Shown: positions 41,868 to 55,000, numbered from the stretch's first letter. The stretch is DNA of 64,000 nucleotides from the human T2T-CHM13v2.0 reference genome, Homo sapiens (GCF_009914755.1 NC_060933.1); one strand, 5' to 3'. Notes: generated by a model from the sequence alone, not told the origin. Numbers and translations are program-made.

Positions 41868-43572
41868 GTTGAGAAGACTGAAGCTTGGAGAGATCATGAT
41901 TCATCCAAGGGCAGAGAGTTAGGATTTAGAGGGGCTGTGAGCAGAGGAGAGGTCTCACCATAATGCCCTGCCTGCCTTCAAGGAGCCTCAGGGCTTCCTG
42001 ATGGAACGCTGACCCTCTGCTGTGAGCTCGACCTTGCATGGGACCAAAAATCACCGTCCAGCCTGTAGCCCACATTCCACCTCCTCTTCAGTCATGGCTG
42101 TATTTTGTTAAACAAATTGTTTTCCACAGCTTTTGAGATGGATTGGGCAGGGAGGAGACAAGTGTTGCCTTTGGCTCTTTGATAGAGGATGTGCTGCATT
42201 CAGTCCAGACTGCAGCTTGCCCTGCGCTCTCACGCACACAGTCCTTTATGAATCTGACTTTGGCAGTCCCCCGACTCTTGAATTTTCGAAAAGCGGATGT
42301 TTTAGTAGGCTGGAAGAAGATGAAAAGCTAGCAGTGCCCATATGTTCCTTGTTTTTAAAAGTAAGGTCAGCGAGGTTTAGAGACTCTTTAAATATTTCAG
42401 TTTATAAGATTAGACTAGATCATCTGGAATGGAAGTGTGGTGCCCCTGGTCCCAGACTTGGCTTTTTTCTTCATTTCTTTTATATGGGAGGTCGGTGTTT
42501 TGGCATTGCAAGGTTCAAGTGTAATAAAACTTAAATGTAGTGAATAAATACCATGATTTGGAGTGTTGCTGTGGCTATGAAAGTTAGTTTCCTTTCTTCA
42601 TCTTTTTTTTTTTATTAAGTAATCAGTGACTTGAAAAATAGCAGATTGGTATAAGGATTGTAACTTAAGAAACTGAAAACTCCCATGCTTTAAAGGAGTA
42701 TAGGCTTTGATATTTTTCTGCGGAAGCATTTTCTTCACTCATTTAAATCTTCCTAGGCTGAGATTAAGCATTCATCCTGAAATGTACACTTGAATAGTTT
42801 GAAATTCAACACAAGTGTATATTTTTAGTGAAGACATTTTCTCTTGGGTTATCAGTGGTCAGTGATGTAGTGGTGGTTTTGCTTGACCCCAGGGTATTTA
42901 CAGAAGCCTAGGATCTGAGCAAATATCTAGCCCAACCCCAAGTTGGGACTAGGTCTCACTTATTGGTACAGCACACCTAATGTTTTATGCCTTTCACCCA
43001 AAAAGCGTTTTTACGGCCAGGATGTGCCCGTAGTCACCAACAGTAACTGCTGGGAGACACGTCAGGGAGAGGTAGCTGTGGTCACTGCCTTGTACAACAG
43101 CCAAAAGCCCAAAGCAGGAGGGACCCTGGCCTTCTCCCAGCACACAACGAGTGGGAGCTCTGTGTGCTGGCCGGCATTTCCTGTCACGTTCAATAGGACA
43201 CGTTCACTCTTCATACTTCTTCAATTCTAAATTTCAGAAGTAATTTGTCACTTTAGAGGAGGGCGTCATTAATAACCATTATTTAGAACTGTCGAGTCTT
43301 CCTCTCTGTGAGTGTCTGAGTTAAGCATCCCCAAAATTGGCCTTGTTGGTGGCAAGCAGTGCCCCCACACTGACAGATTGAGACTACCCCACCCCCACCG
43401 ACGCCCTCACAACCCAGTTCTTCCCCGTCTGCCTTTAATCACCGCGAGGGGGGCGACAGGGAATGGCTACGGCATGTCCTCCTGGAATTCATTAGCGTTA
43501 TTACCAAAGACCGTGTTGTAAATTGAGATTTTTTTTAACTGCTAGGAAAAAATTTCTCCTTAACTATTTCAT

Positions 43573-43578
43573 TTTATT
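43573..43578 (-). terminator. Polyadenylation signal (AATAAA, minus strand), probably for NRON
   Basis: tttatt on +; preceded on the minus strand by a U-rich run. Confidence 0.6.
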
Positions 43579-44189
43579 GTACTTAAAAAAAAGAAAGAAA
43601 GATTTTTCTCATCAAACTTTTGGAGCAGAATGGTTCAGAAACCTGACTTCAGATCCCACTGGGTGTGGACCCTGAATTGTAAATGAAGCTGAAATCGCAT
43701 CTGGTTACCCTTGAGCTCTGGGGAGAGGGCCAAGGAAGAACCCCCAAACCTTCCGATGGGTGGTTAAGAAAAAGAATTGCCATTCAATGTATGTTAATGC
43801 ACATTGTTATTCTTTAACATTAAAATTCCACTAAAGTACTAATAATTACTGTTAATATCTTTCGGTGGAAACTTACAGTAAAGGAGCAGTAGTGGAAACA
43901 GTATTTAAGGGCGAGCTGCCGGCATGATAAGAATGCAAATAAGCGTTATTAGCCTAATGATTTTGCCGTCGCCATGGTTGTGCGGCAGCAGTGTTGTGAA
44001 TATGTCATCCGGCACCCGTGAATTTGGAAAGTGTGTCAAAACACAACTTCAATTAGTTTGCTCTAATTATGGCTCTGGAGAGTTTGTAACTACATCACTC
44101 CTCATTAAAAGAGATTTTCTTATATGGATTAATGTAATATACAAAGGAAAGTTTCAAAGTTCCCGATGCCATTCGCTCCCCCCACGCAG

Positions 44190-44324
44190 GCCTGATGGAT
44201 CCGGATCCGGGGTCTGTGCCTGCAGTGGGCCCAGGCAGGGGGCTGGGGCGGCTCCCTCCTTCTGCCTGGCGATCCACTTCCTGCTGAAAGTGGCCACTGC
44301 AAATGGAGCCTTTTCCACAAGAGG
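44190..44324 (+). CDS. Candidate in-frame cassette exon of MVB12B (135 nt, +45 aa)
   Basis: ccattcgctccccccacgcag|G acceptor, AGG|GTAAGT donor, length divisible by 3, no stop in the phase-2 frame linking exons 6 and 7. Confidence 0.5.
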
Positions 44325-45066
44325 GTAAGTGAACCCGTCACAGGCTTTTAAGGAGAGATGGCTAACCTGAAACTATCAGGATGTCCCTCCTTTTCGGCTT
44401 CTCGGTGGAGGCTGGAAGCAGAAAGGTCTCTGGACCTACCGTGGTCCAGTCCCATGTGTGCACTCAGCCCTTGGCCGTGTCCTGAGTCCTTCGGGGAGAT
44501 TATGTGGCAAAATGTGTTGTTTTTGGTCACGTAGAATCACATAGTATCTATGAAATGTTAGTAAAAGTCTTTTCAGATAGCAAAGGCGTACATTAAGGAA
44601 CGTAATCACCAAGCTGATGTATAGTTCTAAATGCTATCATTGAGCCTTGGCCATCTTGAAAGAAGAAAGAGTTCACATTTTTTTGTCCTGTTGCAAACAT
44701 TCCCCTCCCCAAGGACACCTGTCCCGCAGCGCCCACCTTCTCGAGTCCTACTCTGCGGGGTTTGGATGGCCACCTTGTCACCTTGCCTCAAATCGGCCTT
44801 GTGGGACTGTTCCTTGAGCTTTGCTGCCCCCACCTCCACCATTCTGCTGAGCCCCTGGCCACAACGGCATCGTGACTTCCATTGTGGGGGGGGGGCTCAG
44901 TAATGCATTTTGAACCCAAGAGTTAAATTTTAGAATGCTGATTGAAGAGGCCTGGGTTTTGGTTTTCCTTTGATTTAGCCACACGGTGCAGATGATCCAA
45001 AATACAGCCTTGAAAACATTTTTGTGGGCCTTTGCGTGTTCTCTTTGTCATCACTTTTGGTGAGTA

Positions 45067-45070
<4 letters not shown>

Positions 45071-45115
<45 letters not shown>
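45071..45115 (+). repeat. (TG)~22 microsatellite within NRON
   Basis: Direct reading. Confidence 0.95.
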
Positions 45116-45119
<4 letters not shown>

Positions 45120-45906
45120 TGGGCCTTCTTTACACCACTCACAGGCGGTGTTACTTTGAGTGAGTTTTATCACTCTCTGAGCCTGTTTCTTCCTCTGTGA
45201 AATGGGGATAGAAATGCCTCCTTTGCAGGATTTGTCATGAGAATTAAATGGGGGGGGACACAGAAAGCACCACCCTGGTGCCCAGTGAGCACCCATGCAT
45301 GCTGGCTTTCTGTCTGTGTCCAGGGTTCAATGCAGAACTTAGCCTAAGCATGAGCAGGGCATCCCCTTAGACCTTTCCTTTGCCACCACGTGGCTCCCGC
45401 CTGCTGCAGTTGCAACTCCAGTCACCAGCACCCCTCCAGCACCCCACAGCATCAGAGACTGGGCACAGGCAACCTCCCCTGCGGAGCTGGGACTAGAATG
45501 GCTGTGTTCACAGGTGAGCAGCTGGGAAGGGGTTAAGATAGTAATTGTGTAAGTCTTCCAGGCTTTCTCCCAGTTCTGCGATAATTTGATGAAGAACTTC
45601 ACCCTAATTAAATATTCAAATTAGGAATAAGTGTCAATATGGCTTCCCATTGCCTGGAATGATGATTAATTGTATTCAAAACTCTAGTGGCCCACTGTAA
45701 TCTAAACCTAACCGTTGTTCTTGATTATTTCTGCACCACACTTGCCATGTTTTTGTTTTAAGATTTAAACTAGTAATTGATTTGCCATATGCCGTCAAGC
45801 TGCACGTACTTTATGCATTTAGGAACTTGGGGAGTTTGGAATTGTGATTTCCTTCATCTTCCAGTGGCAGCTTTTTTTTCCCCTTGTCCAATGCACAGTG
45901 ATTTGG

Positions 45907-45909
<3 letters not shown>

Positions 45910-45938
<29 letters not shown>

Positions 45939-45974
45939 ACGCATGCACGCGCATGCATGCATGTGTGTATGTGT
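45910..45974 (+). repeat. (TG)n plus GCAC/GCAT alternating purine-pyrimidine tract
   Basis: Direct reading. Confidence 0.9.
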
Positions 45975-46427
45975 TGCCCATGAGGAAAACCCATTCTACA
46001 GTCAGCCTGGTAGGTTGGAGTTGCATTGGTCGTGGCAAATGGGCTTCCTGAATGGAAAATGAACAGGTCTGTGTTTGCACTTACTTTGTGCCCTGTGTCA
46101 TCTCAGTAAAGCAACATGGCATGGTGGAAAGAGCATGAACGCACATCCTAGCCCAGCCATTTTCTTCAGCTGTGTGACTTTGGGTGAGTTACTTAACCTC
46201 TCTGAACCACTTTTCCCCCACATATAGGGTACTACTTCCCTTGCTGGGTTGTTTACATTAGAGATGTGTATGAACATGAGGAATGGTGCAAGTGCCCAGT
46301 GAGTAGTAACTGCCATAGTCCTAAATAATTACAGGAGTGAAAATTCCAGGAACAAAGCCTTCACGCGGGCCTCCCTGGAAAGCCCCTCCCAGCCATGCAA
46401 GTCAAATCCCATTTCCTACCTCTCTGA

Positions 46428-46948
<521 letters not shown>

Positions 46949-49581
46949 TTATTTCTTTTTCATGCCACTGTTTTAAAATTGAAGCATATAACCATATTGT
47001 CCTTTATGGCCTATCTTTTGATATTCAGAGCTTTTACTTTGTGATATAGGAGATTTATGTTCGTGTTTCAGTTGACTTATGGATAAATTCCTAAAGGGGA
47101 AGATACACGTTTCATTTGGTTTCTTAAACTGTCTCGGTGCCAGGCAGTGCCTAGCACACAGTAGGAGCACAATAAAAAAAGTGCGCTGAGTCAGTCGCCA
47201 CATCCTAATTATAGCGGCCTTGTGTGCCTGTTGATACTGGTCCAGCTCCCCTGGCATGGGCCTGTGTTCACTGGGTAATACTTGGAATTAAGTTTTAGGT
47301 CTGGGCATAGAAGGTTTATAAGATAGTGAATATAACTGTAGAGGAAATAGGTCTCTTTTAAGTTTTACAAAACCTTACTTGTCTTGGCTTGTGTCAATTA
47401 CAAAACGAAACAAAAAAGAGACTCATCAGACCGTGACAAATGATAGTAAACTTTGCGCATGGTGGTTTCTCCCTGAGGTTGGCTCCAAAATCAATATGAA
47501 AAGAAAACCACAACTGAAAATATTTTAGAGCCTAGAGTGATTAAAATAACTGACTTTCTGTTTTAGCGGAAACAAGTTACAAGAAAGAATTACAATATCT
47601 CCTCACATCTCTGGGTCTTCACAGATCTCAATCGTAATTCAGAGCCTCACTTGGGAAACACAGGGGACTTGGAGCAGGAATCCTGGCTGTGAAGTCATTG
47701 AGGAGGATTCGAGTGTTAGTCAGGCCCTTCCAGCTGAAAATGATTCATTTTAATTACCTTCCAGGGTGATCCGATACCTGAGCATATGGTCTTTAAGAAA
47801 TAAGGTTCCCCAAACTGTCAGCAAGTGTGGGCAATGGTCAGGGACCTCTTTCTGACACCATTGACCAGCCTTGGAGAGCGGGCGCTCTAGAAGGTGCTTA
47901 TTAAAATGCCAGCAGGTGCAGCAAAGGTCCCCTTCTCTGTGACTCCCGCACCCTGCTTGTGCCAGGTGTTTTATAAGAGCCTTTTTCTTCATTAAATGGC
48001 ATTCATTAAGCACGTCCTTACACCTGGCACAGAAGCTGTGCGTCACAGATGACTTCTTCCCAGTGGTGTTTGCAGGAATAATGTGGAATTTCATTTAGCC
48101 ATTTGCTGTGTTCTTCTTCCCCTTCCTATCTTAACTTGATTTTTGTTGCTTTTCATATTTCTTCTGCTGCCCCCACAATCCATTCCTCTCCTTTGTACAT
48201 GACCTCTGGTCTTTGTCCACCAGCAGACACATTATATAGAAAACAAGGTGTCCCTTCAGCACCAAGCACCACCACGCTGGATGCTTTCATACGTGTGTCT
48301 CTTCTACTCTCCCAACCACATTGAGAAGTGTTCCCCTAGTTTTTGCCATCTTTTTTTCTGATTAAAAGAAATAATTTCTCATCCAAAAAAATTAACACTT
48401 AAAACATATGGAAGAGCAGTGGGGAGAATCCACACTCCCATCTTAGAGGCTTCTGTCGTCAATACCGTGAGCCTCTCCTGCCCCTCAGTCACCTCTAAGT
48501 TACTCCCTCCAGCCCTTTGCTGTACTGTAGCTTAGCCGTGTGTGCCCATGGAAAAAAGATTGTCTTATGGGATTGTTTATAATACATCATTCTGCAACTT
48601 TGTTTTTGCTTGGCTGGTTTTTTGGTTTTGTTTTACTTAACAGCCAGTCTTTGGGAGTTGGGCATTTCTACAGAAAAATCTCTGGCTCTCTTCATCTATT
48701 CGTTCTGTCCTACTTTAGTATTATATGAAAATTCCACATTTTATTAGCCTCCTCTTATTGATGGTCATTGGGCTGCTCCCAGTTCATTGCCATGACAAAT
48801 GCTGCCCCAAGGCCCTGGTTCCTGTCCTTTCCTTCCACAGCTGAGATCATATTCCATACACAGATCCCGAGCATCTCACTCCAACCCTCTCCACAAAGCC
48901 TGTAAACATCATTTTATGTCTGCATAATATTCTGAGTCAGACATTGTAACATTATTTCCAGTTTTTGAGTAGACCGTCATAATTAAGAGCATGAATTGTG
49001 TAATTGGCCCCATCAGCATTCAAATCCAAGCTTCTGCATACTCTGTGTTCAAGTCCAAGCTGTATCCAGCAGAGAGGCAAGCTGTGGAGCCTCTCTGAGA
49101 CACCTGTGGAGTAGGGGGGGTCTCAGCAACTCGCCGTAGGATTGGGTTAGGGATCATAAGATGCATATGACAGGTACACGCTGTAAACAAGTCAACTGAT
49201 GATATTTTTAAATTTTCTTAAATAGGTCATTTCCCACATTTCAGGTTCTTTCCTCAAATCTCAAAAAGGGAAGAATAAATGCTGGTCCTTTTGTCGCATT
49301 ACTTCCCCTTTCTTAAGTATTAAATTTGAATCATCTGGAATGTATTATTAAGTGTTTCTCCTAGAGAAGGTGACATGAGTAATCTTCTGTTGTCTTCCTG
49401 CACAAAAGACAACTTGAAGTCATACAAAATTGCTGAATCACAACTATTTTCACCTTCAAAACTGGCTGCGTCGTCTTCCAGCATTTAGTATGGCAGAGGA
49501 AAAGTCTGAAGTCACCATCAGTATTTGCCAGGATGTATCCTCTTTTCATTGCATTTTCTGGAATCCTGTGAACCCCATTGG

Positions 49582-49582
<1 letters not shown>

Positions 49583-49627
<45 letters not shown>

Positions 49628-49628
49628 A
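49583..49628 (+). repeat. (TG)~20 microsatellite
   Basis: Direct reading. Confidence 0.95.
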
Positions 49629-50595
49629 TAAGGGTTGGGAGATCAAAGTGGCAGGTGCCTCTGACTATGAGTGCGCCTCTGCCTTGCTAGTCACCACTCT
49701 CTCGACGCTGCCCTTTGACAGTCTGGGAGGACAGCAGGCACTGCAGCTGCCTGGGCAGAACCGTCTTCATTATATGTGGCCACTGGGTCTACAAGATTAA
49801 TGGTAACATTTTAAAAATTCACACAGACCTGGAATCAGCACTAGAAAATACAGATTTAAATTAACAAGGAAAAAGCAGAATCCCATCAAAGGAAATAAAT
49901 CGTGCTGGCAACTATTGTCTCATAATAAAATATATTCTATAACTGAAGGGCTTTTATATGGAGCTGTCTGCAGCTTAGTGGCCATGTTAATTGAATAAGG
50001 TGCCTAAGACTGACTTGGGGGAAAAAATGAAATTCCCCTCAGCATGTATTTAGCTGGAGCCGTCATCGCTGGCAGTGCGTGCTTGCTGACCTGTTTGTTA
50101 CAGAACAGCCAATCCCTCCTGCAGAGAGACGTGATGGCCACCAGAAGCAGCAGGGTGAGAGCCCTGTCTCCTCCGGGCAGTTCCGTGGGCAGGGGGAAGG
50201 GGAGGATAGCTTGGTAACACTCCCGGAGGATTTAGGGACTGTTCCAGTTACAATTCTCCAGTGACCAAACAGATTTTGGAATAATAATCCATCATTTGAG
50301 TCAAGTGGCAGACATGGTTGTCCTCTGATGGACAGCCCTTGCTCCAGGGGTCCAAGACCTACTGGGGAAGGTGCCAGAAGGCCTTCACCTCCTGGCACTA
50401 TCCTAAGTAGAGACAGTTTCTCGAGCCTTTGAGTCTCCTTCTCCTCAGTCTGCTGGGGAGCTTTATGAACTCTCCTAAAATCTAAACTCATGGATCTGCC
50501 TACAGAGTGGTCAACTTCGGGCCCACTAAAATGACTCCACTGAAACTGCTGTCCATAAGTGCACCAGCCACCATCATTCTCGTGGACCTCTCAGG

Positions 50596-50803
50596 TTTTT
50601 TTTTTTAATTTTTATCTATTTATTTATTTTGAGACTGGATTATAAAACTGGCTAATTTTTGTTTGTTTGTTTGTTTGTTTTTTGGTAGAGACGGGGTTTC
50701 ACCATGATGCCCAGGCTGGTCTCAAACTCCTGGGTTCAAGTGACCCACTCGCCTCGGCCTTCCAAAGTCCTGGGATTATAGGCATGAGCCCCCACTCCCA
50801 GCC
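50596..50803 (-). mobile_element. Alu lacking most of the right arm (left arm plus tail)
   Basis: T-rich tail and GAGAC jump to ctggctaattttt and the left-arm consensus. Confidence 0.8.
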
Positions 50804-51479
50804 GGCCTCTCGGTTTTGTTTGATGCTGTCGAGTACCTACTCATTCTTATAACTCCCTTGGCTGGGAGCTGCAGAAGAGGTGAGTGTCCAATGCCAGTGG
50901 CCTAGTGCAGCTCCTGATCTCTTGCTTCCTCCCTCCTCCAGGTACAGGGTCGTGATCGGGGCCTTCCTTCAGTCTCTCCTTAGACAATTCAACCTGTTTA
51001 TTCTCATGAACCAGAGGCCTTTGTATGGGAAAGAAGCCAAAGAGTATTGGGTTAACTGACCACGATTCCAAGCATGAAAATAAGGACTTTCTGTCTATGG
51101 ATGCCAGTCCATAGACACTGGATGCTGTGGTCATAGGCATAGGCACTGACCAATAAAGAGTCTTCTAAAATATTTTAAAAGACAGCCAAATATTTCATGA
51201 AACAGTGGTACCACAATTTTTTAACCAGTCCTCCATTGTTTGATTGTTCATCTGATTCTAGTTTTTGGCTTTATAAGTAGTGCCGTGATGAATTTATTGT
51301 TTACGTAAAAATATCGTGAATCAGAAATAGTTGCATTTTCCAAGCCATTAACCAACCCAGTCGTGGGGATGAGAAGGAGAGAAGAGACAAGGCTTCCTGG
51401 AAGTTTCCCGAAACTATCCCTAATTATAAGTCAGAATCAGATCAACAAGTAGTAGGTAATCTTAGAGGATTTTCCCTAA

Positions 51480-52010
51480 TATTTGTTAAGCGCTCACTGT
51501 GTACTGGGCATTGTTCTCGCCCCTGGGGATGTGGTGGGAAGAAAAGGTGTGGTGGAGATCATGTTCTGGTGACATGAAAACAAGTCAGACAGCCCGATAG
51601 AGTGGGAAGGGCGCCACAGGGAGGAGGCAGGTGTTATAAGAGTGTGGCGGGGTGCCTCCTCAGAAGGGTGGCCTGACTGGGGAGGGAAGCCAGCCGCTGA
51701 GATCTGGGGACAGTGGCAAGTGCAAAGGCCCTAAGGCAGGAACAAGAGCAGAGGCTGGAGGAACAAAAGCGGCTACTGAGGTTGGCAGACGTGAATGCAG
51801 GGAGGGTGGACAAGATGTGGTCAGAGAGGAGGGATGGGCCAGAGCTGGCAGCACTTCTCAGCCGTGGGCGGGTTTGGATTTCATCCTGATGCAGAGGAAA
51901 GGCCCCGTGGGTTCTGCTGTGGTGCTGCATGGAGGCCCTCATGAGCCAGACTCTAAAATAATGCCGGGGTGGCAAGAATGGGGAGAGTGGGAGTAGGATT
52001 GAAGCTCACG
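51480..52010 (-). mobile_element. L2 LINE fragment
   Basis: atttgttaagcgctcactgtgtactgggc ... gcaagtgcaaaggccctaaggcagga L2 motifs. Confidence 0.65.
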
Positions 52011-55000
52011 TACTTGCATGTGCTCACGCATGCCTGGTTCCGTGCTGTCAACCCTGCCTGCATGGTGGCCCTCTGTGCCCTGGGAGGCAACACACCCCTG
52101 CCAAAGGCCATGTGGCTCCCTGGTGCTGGCGCTGGGATTTGGACCCACATCCAGCGGACTCGGGGGCACTGCCCTCAACCACTACAACTGGTTTGCCTCC
52201 CTGGGTGTGCGATCGGGCCATTGGTCATCCAGCTCTGTATAGTTCACTGTAACCTGTCGGGATCACTGAGCTAGTGAGCGGCAGAGATGTCATGTCCCTG
52301 GCATCACTGATTTCAAAAGGGCCTTCAGGAGGGACCCTGTGGCCCTGATTGAGTAGTCTCATTTTATATACCCGATAGTGAAGCTGAATCGGGGTAACTC
52401 TAACATAGCGATAACCACCTCCGGAGGACACATGGACTGACCTCTTCATTAATACCTAGCTTTCCCTTCATCAGCTTTACCTCTCAGAGCCTCAGTTTCC
52501 TATTCTGTTAAATGAGAATAATTACTCCTACCTAAAAAGGTTGTTGAGGTGATGAGGCCGGGTGATATATTGAGGACCCCCAGCCCAGGTCCTGGCAGGT
52601 GGGGCTCCACCCCACGCTGGGGAACTGGAATCTCATCTCGCCAGAGACCCAGCTGATGGCAGAGCCTTCATCCTTGTCTCTCACTTTCAGGCTAATCTGA
52701 CACCAAAGCACTCCTGGGCCACTTCTCCTTCGGCAGGTGACTTGTCCTGTTTAACCACAGGTAATCTGTCCCTGGGGCCCAAACTGTTCATTCTCATTAA
52801 TGGGAAGCCTTGATGTGCCTTTCTGTCCTGTCCCCATGTCCCCTGCTTCCTGTGTCCAGGAGTAGTGGAAGCAGAAATGCAGGGGAAGCTATTTGCCATG
52901 TAGGGAGGAGCCCTTCTCCCTAAAGCTTTCTCTGCCCAGGGGGCCTTCTCACCTGCTGCTCTCTGACTGCTGTCCCTTACCCACTCTTGCATCAGCTACT
53001 TTAGCTGGAGTATTCAGTAACCTGATTTCAATTCAGCAGATCCCTACTGAGCAGTTATTCTGCAGAAAATACAGTCAGCCTGTGACTTGAATCCTCTTTT
53101 AATTTCACATTTGCTGCATCAGGCACACATTGTCTATCATATATGAACAGAAACCTTCTTTTTTTTCCCTTCTTGTAAATTCCTGGTTGCTGCTGCTGCT
53201 GATTTCTTCTTACCCATACCTGGTTTCCTCCATAATGGAGAGAGGTGAGATTCAGGGTATAAAACAGAGACCCCTGGAGCCTAATTAATTGGGAAAATAC
53301 ACACAGGGAGAAATGAAATGATAGAGACTAACAGCAGTTCATGTCAAAAAAGAAACCCAGGAGTTTTAGTGAGCCAACTACAACACTTGATTTGGTCAAC
53401 AAATGGTCAGTAATTGTCTACCCTGTGACAAAAAATTGTCCCAGAAAATGAAGTACAAAATTGATGATATTTGGCCCTGCTCTTGAGGAGGTCACAATCA
53501 CATTAGGGAACAGGTTTATATCAGATGACCAAAGTGTACTGTGATACCTGGAGTGGGGTGAGAGAAGACACTCAGGCATCCAATCCAGTCTGGGGCAAGC
53601 CCAGGAAAGGTTTTTCCAAAGAGGGCATGGTTGGGTGGGATCTTGAAGTATGAATAGGAGTTTGGAGAGTCGGTAAGGAAGAATGGAGATTCCTAGGAAG
53701 AGGGAGTGGCATGGATAAAGAATCAGGCCTAGGCATGAGAAAAACAAGGCCTGTTCAGAGATTAACAAGACTTCCACTCTTTCTGGAGGAGAGGGGAAGT
53801 AAGTAGTGGCAAGAGGCAGAATCTGGAAGGTGGGCTGGTGTGCCGGGGATGTGTAAGTGTACAGAGTGAGAAGACAGCTAAGCCAGCACCCTTGCAAACA
53901 GCAACCTTGCAAAGTTTGGAGACGAAGTGGGAGTTGGCGGGGTGGGGGGTGGTGGGCAGAAAGAATCATCTCCAACGAGGGAAGAGAACCTGGGGCGGGG
54001 GTTGAGTTGCAGAGCAAGCCAGGCAAAATCTGAGGCCCCGAGGGACAAGAAAGTTTGGTCCCGGACATCAGTATTGCATGGAGCAGCTGAAGAGCTGGGC
54101 CCCTTGATTTCTCTGTTGTTCATATACTTTTTTGTGGTTGTTATTGCTCATATATTTCTTTTAAGTCCTAAATTTCCCCAAAACTATCCATTTAGAGGGT
54201 CTGTGGCAAGTCATGTCGACAGGAATGAAGTCTCTGCACAAAGTAGATAGTGAATAATTGTAGGCTCATGATCATTTCCTGCTACCATTCCCATCCACAT
54301 TGGCGCCTTAGTTTTATTTCCTCACTCTCCCACAGACGGGCAAGCTTTTGAAATTGTAAATTGGATGTTGGCACATTTCTGCTTAAAAATCATTCCAGAG
54401 AAAGGCAGAACCCATGCTGGGCTCCACGTGGCCTGGCCCCACCGTCTTCCTGGCCTTCTAGGCATGGCCACCCTGGCTTCCTCCTAAGTCTGGAGGAGGT
54501 CAGACTCCCCACGGAGCCTCGAGTGCTCACCCCTCCTCCCTGCTGCATCTCTCTGATTTCTGCCTATCTTCAGTTCCCACCTCAATGTACCTTCCTCCAG
54601 GAAGCCTTCCAGGGAGCCTTCTCCTACCCTGCCCTTCCTAGCACTTGAGTCTTCCCGCCTTCCATAGGAAATGATCACACTTGTAAGCAAGTGTTCAGGT
54701 AACTTTATGGATATTTTCGTGTCCCCCTGCCTGTCCTGCCACCACTGAGTCCCCCACAGATCTGTATTGATGCATATTTGACCACCCAACAGCTCGGCTG
54801 GCCCCATTTTCTCCTCTGCCTCCTGGCTGGCCTCTTTGCCATCATCCATGTCCACCTGGCTCCCAAAGTTCTGCTAATGCTCCTGCCTCCTCTGTGAGCC
54901 TCCCTGAATGCTTCTAGCTCCTGGAGTGTTTACCGCACTGCACAAATCGCTCTGCATCCTTAGTTAGGTTGCGTGCACCTTTTTAGGGCTTTGGAGGCTT

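Larger units (their letters stand above)
43545..46275 (-). ncRNA. NRON: NRON (non-coding repressor of NFAT) lncRNA, antisense in MVB12B intron 6; ends approximate
   Basis: NRON is known to lie within MVB12B. I recall TTGGCCGTGTCCTGAGTCCTT (44471-44491) and the reverse complement of 44580-44603 (ACGTTCCTTAATGTACGCCTTTGC) as commonly used NRON primer sequences. Minus-strand AATAAA at 43573-43578 fits the 3' end; the 5' end is estimated from a recalled ~2.7-kb length. Confidence 0.8.

Noticed and set aside
42130-42360. 231-nt exon candidate (ttttccacag ... aaa|gtaagg)
   Set aside because: In the required phase it reads AGC TTT TGA immediately, the donor has a weak exonic part, and nothing else supports it
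43924-44328. 134-aa ATG ORF as a standalone gene
   Set aside because: No promoter evidence or homology; only the 3' third, bounded by splice sites, is kept as a cassette-exon candidate
53418-54068. Longest ORF (216 aa, minus strand)
   Set aside because: Non-ATG start, overlaps degenerate L2-like sequence, no recognisable domain; chance ORF
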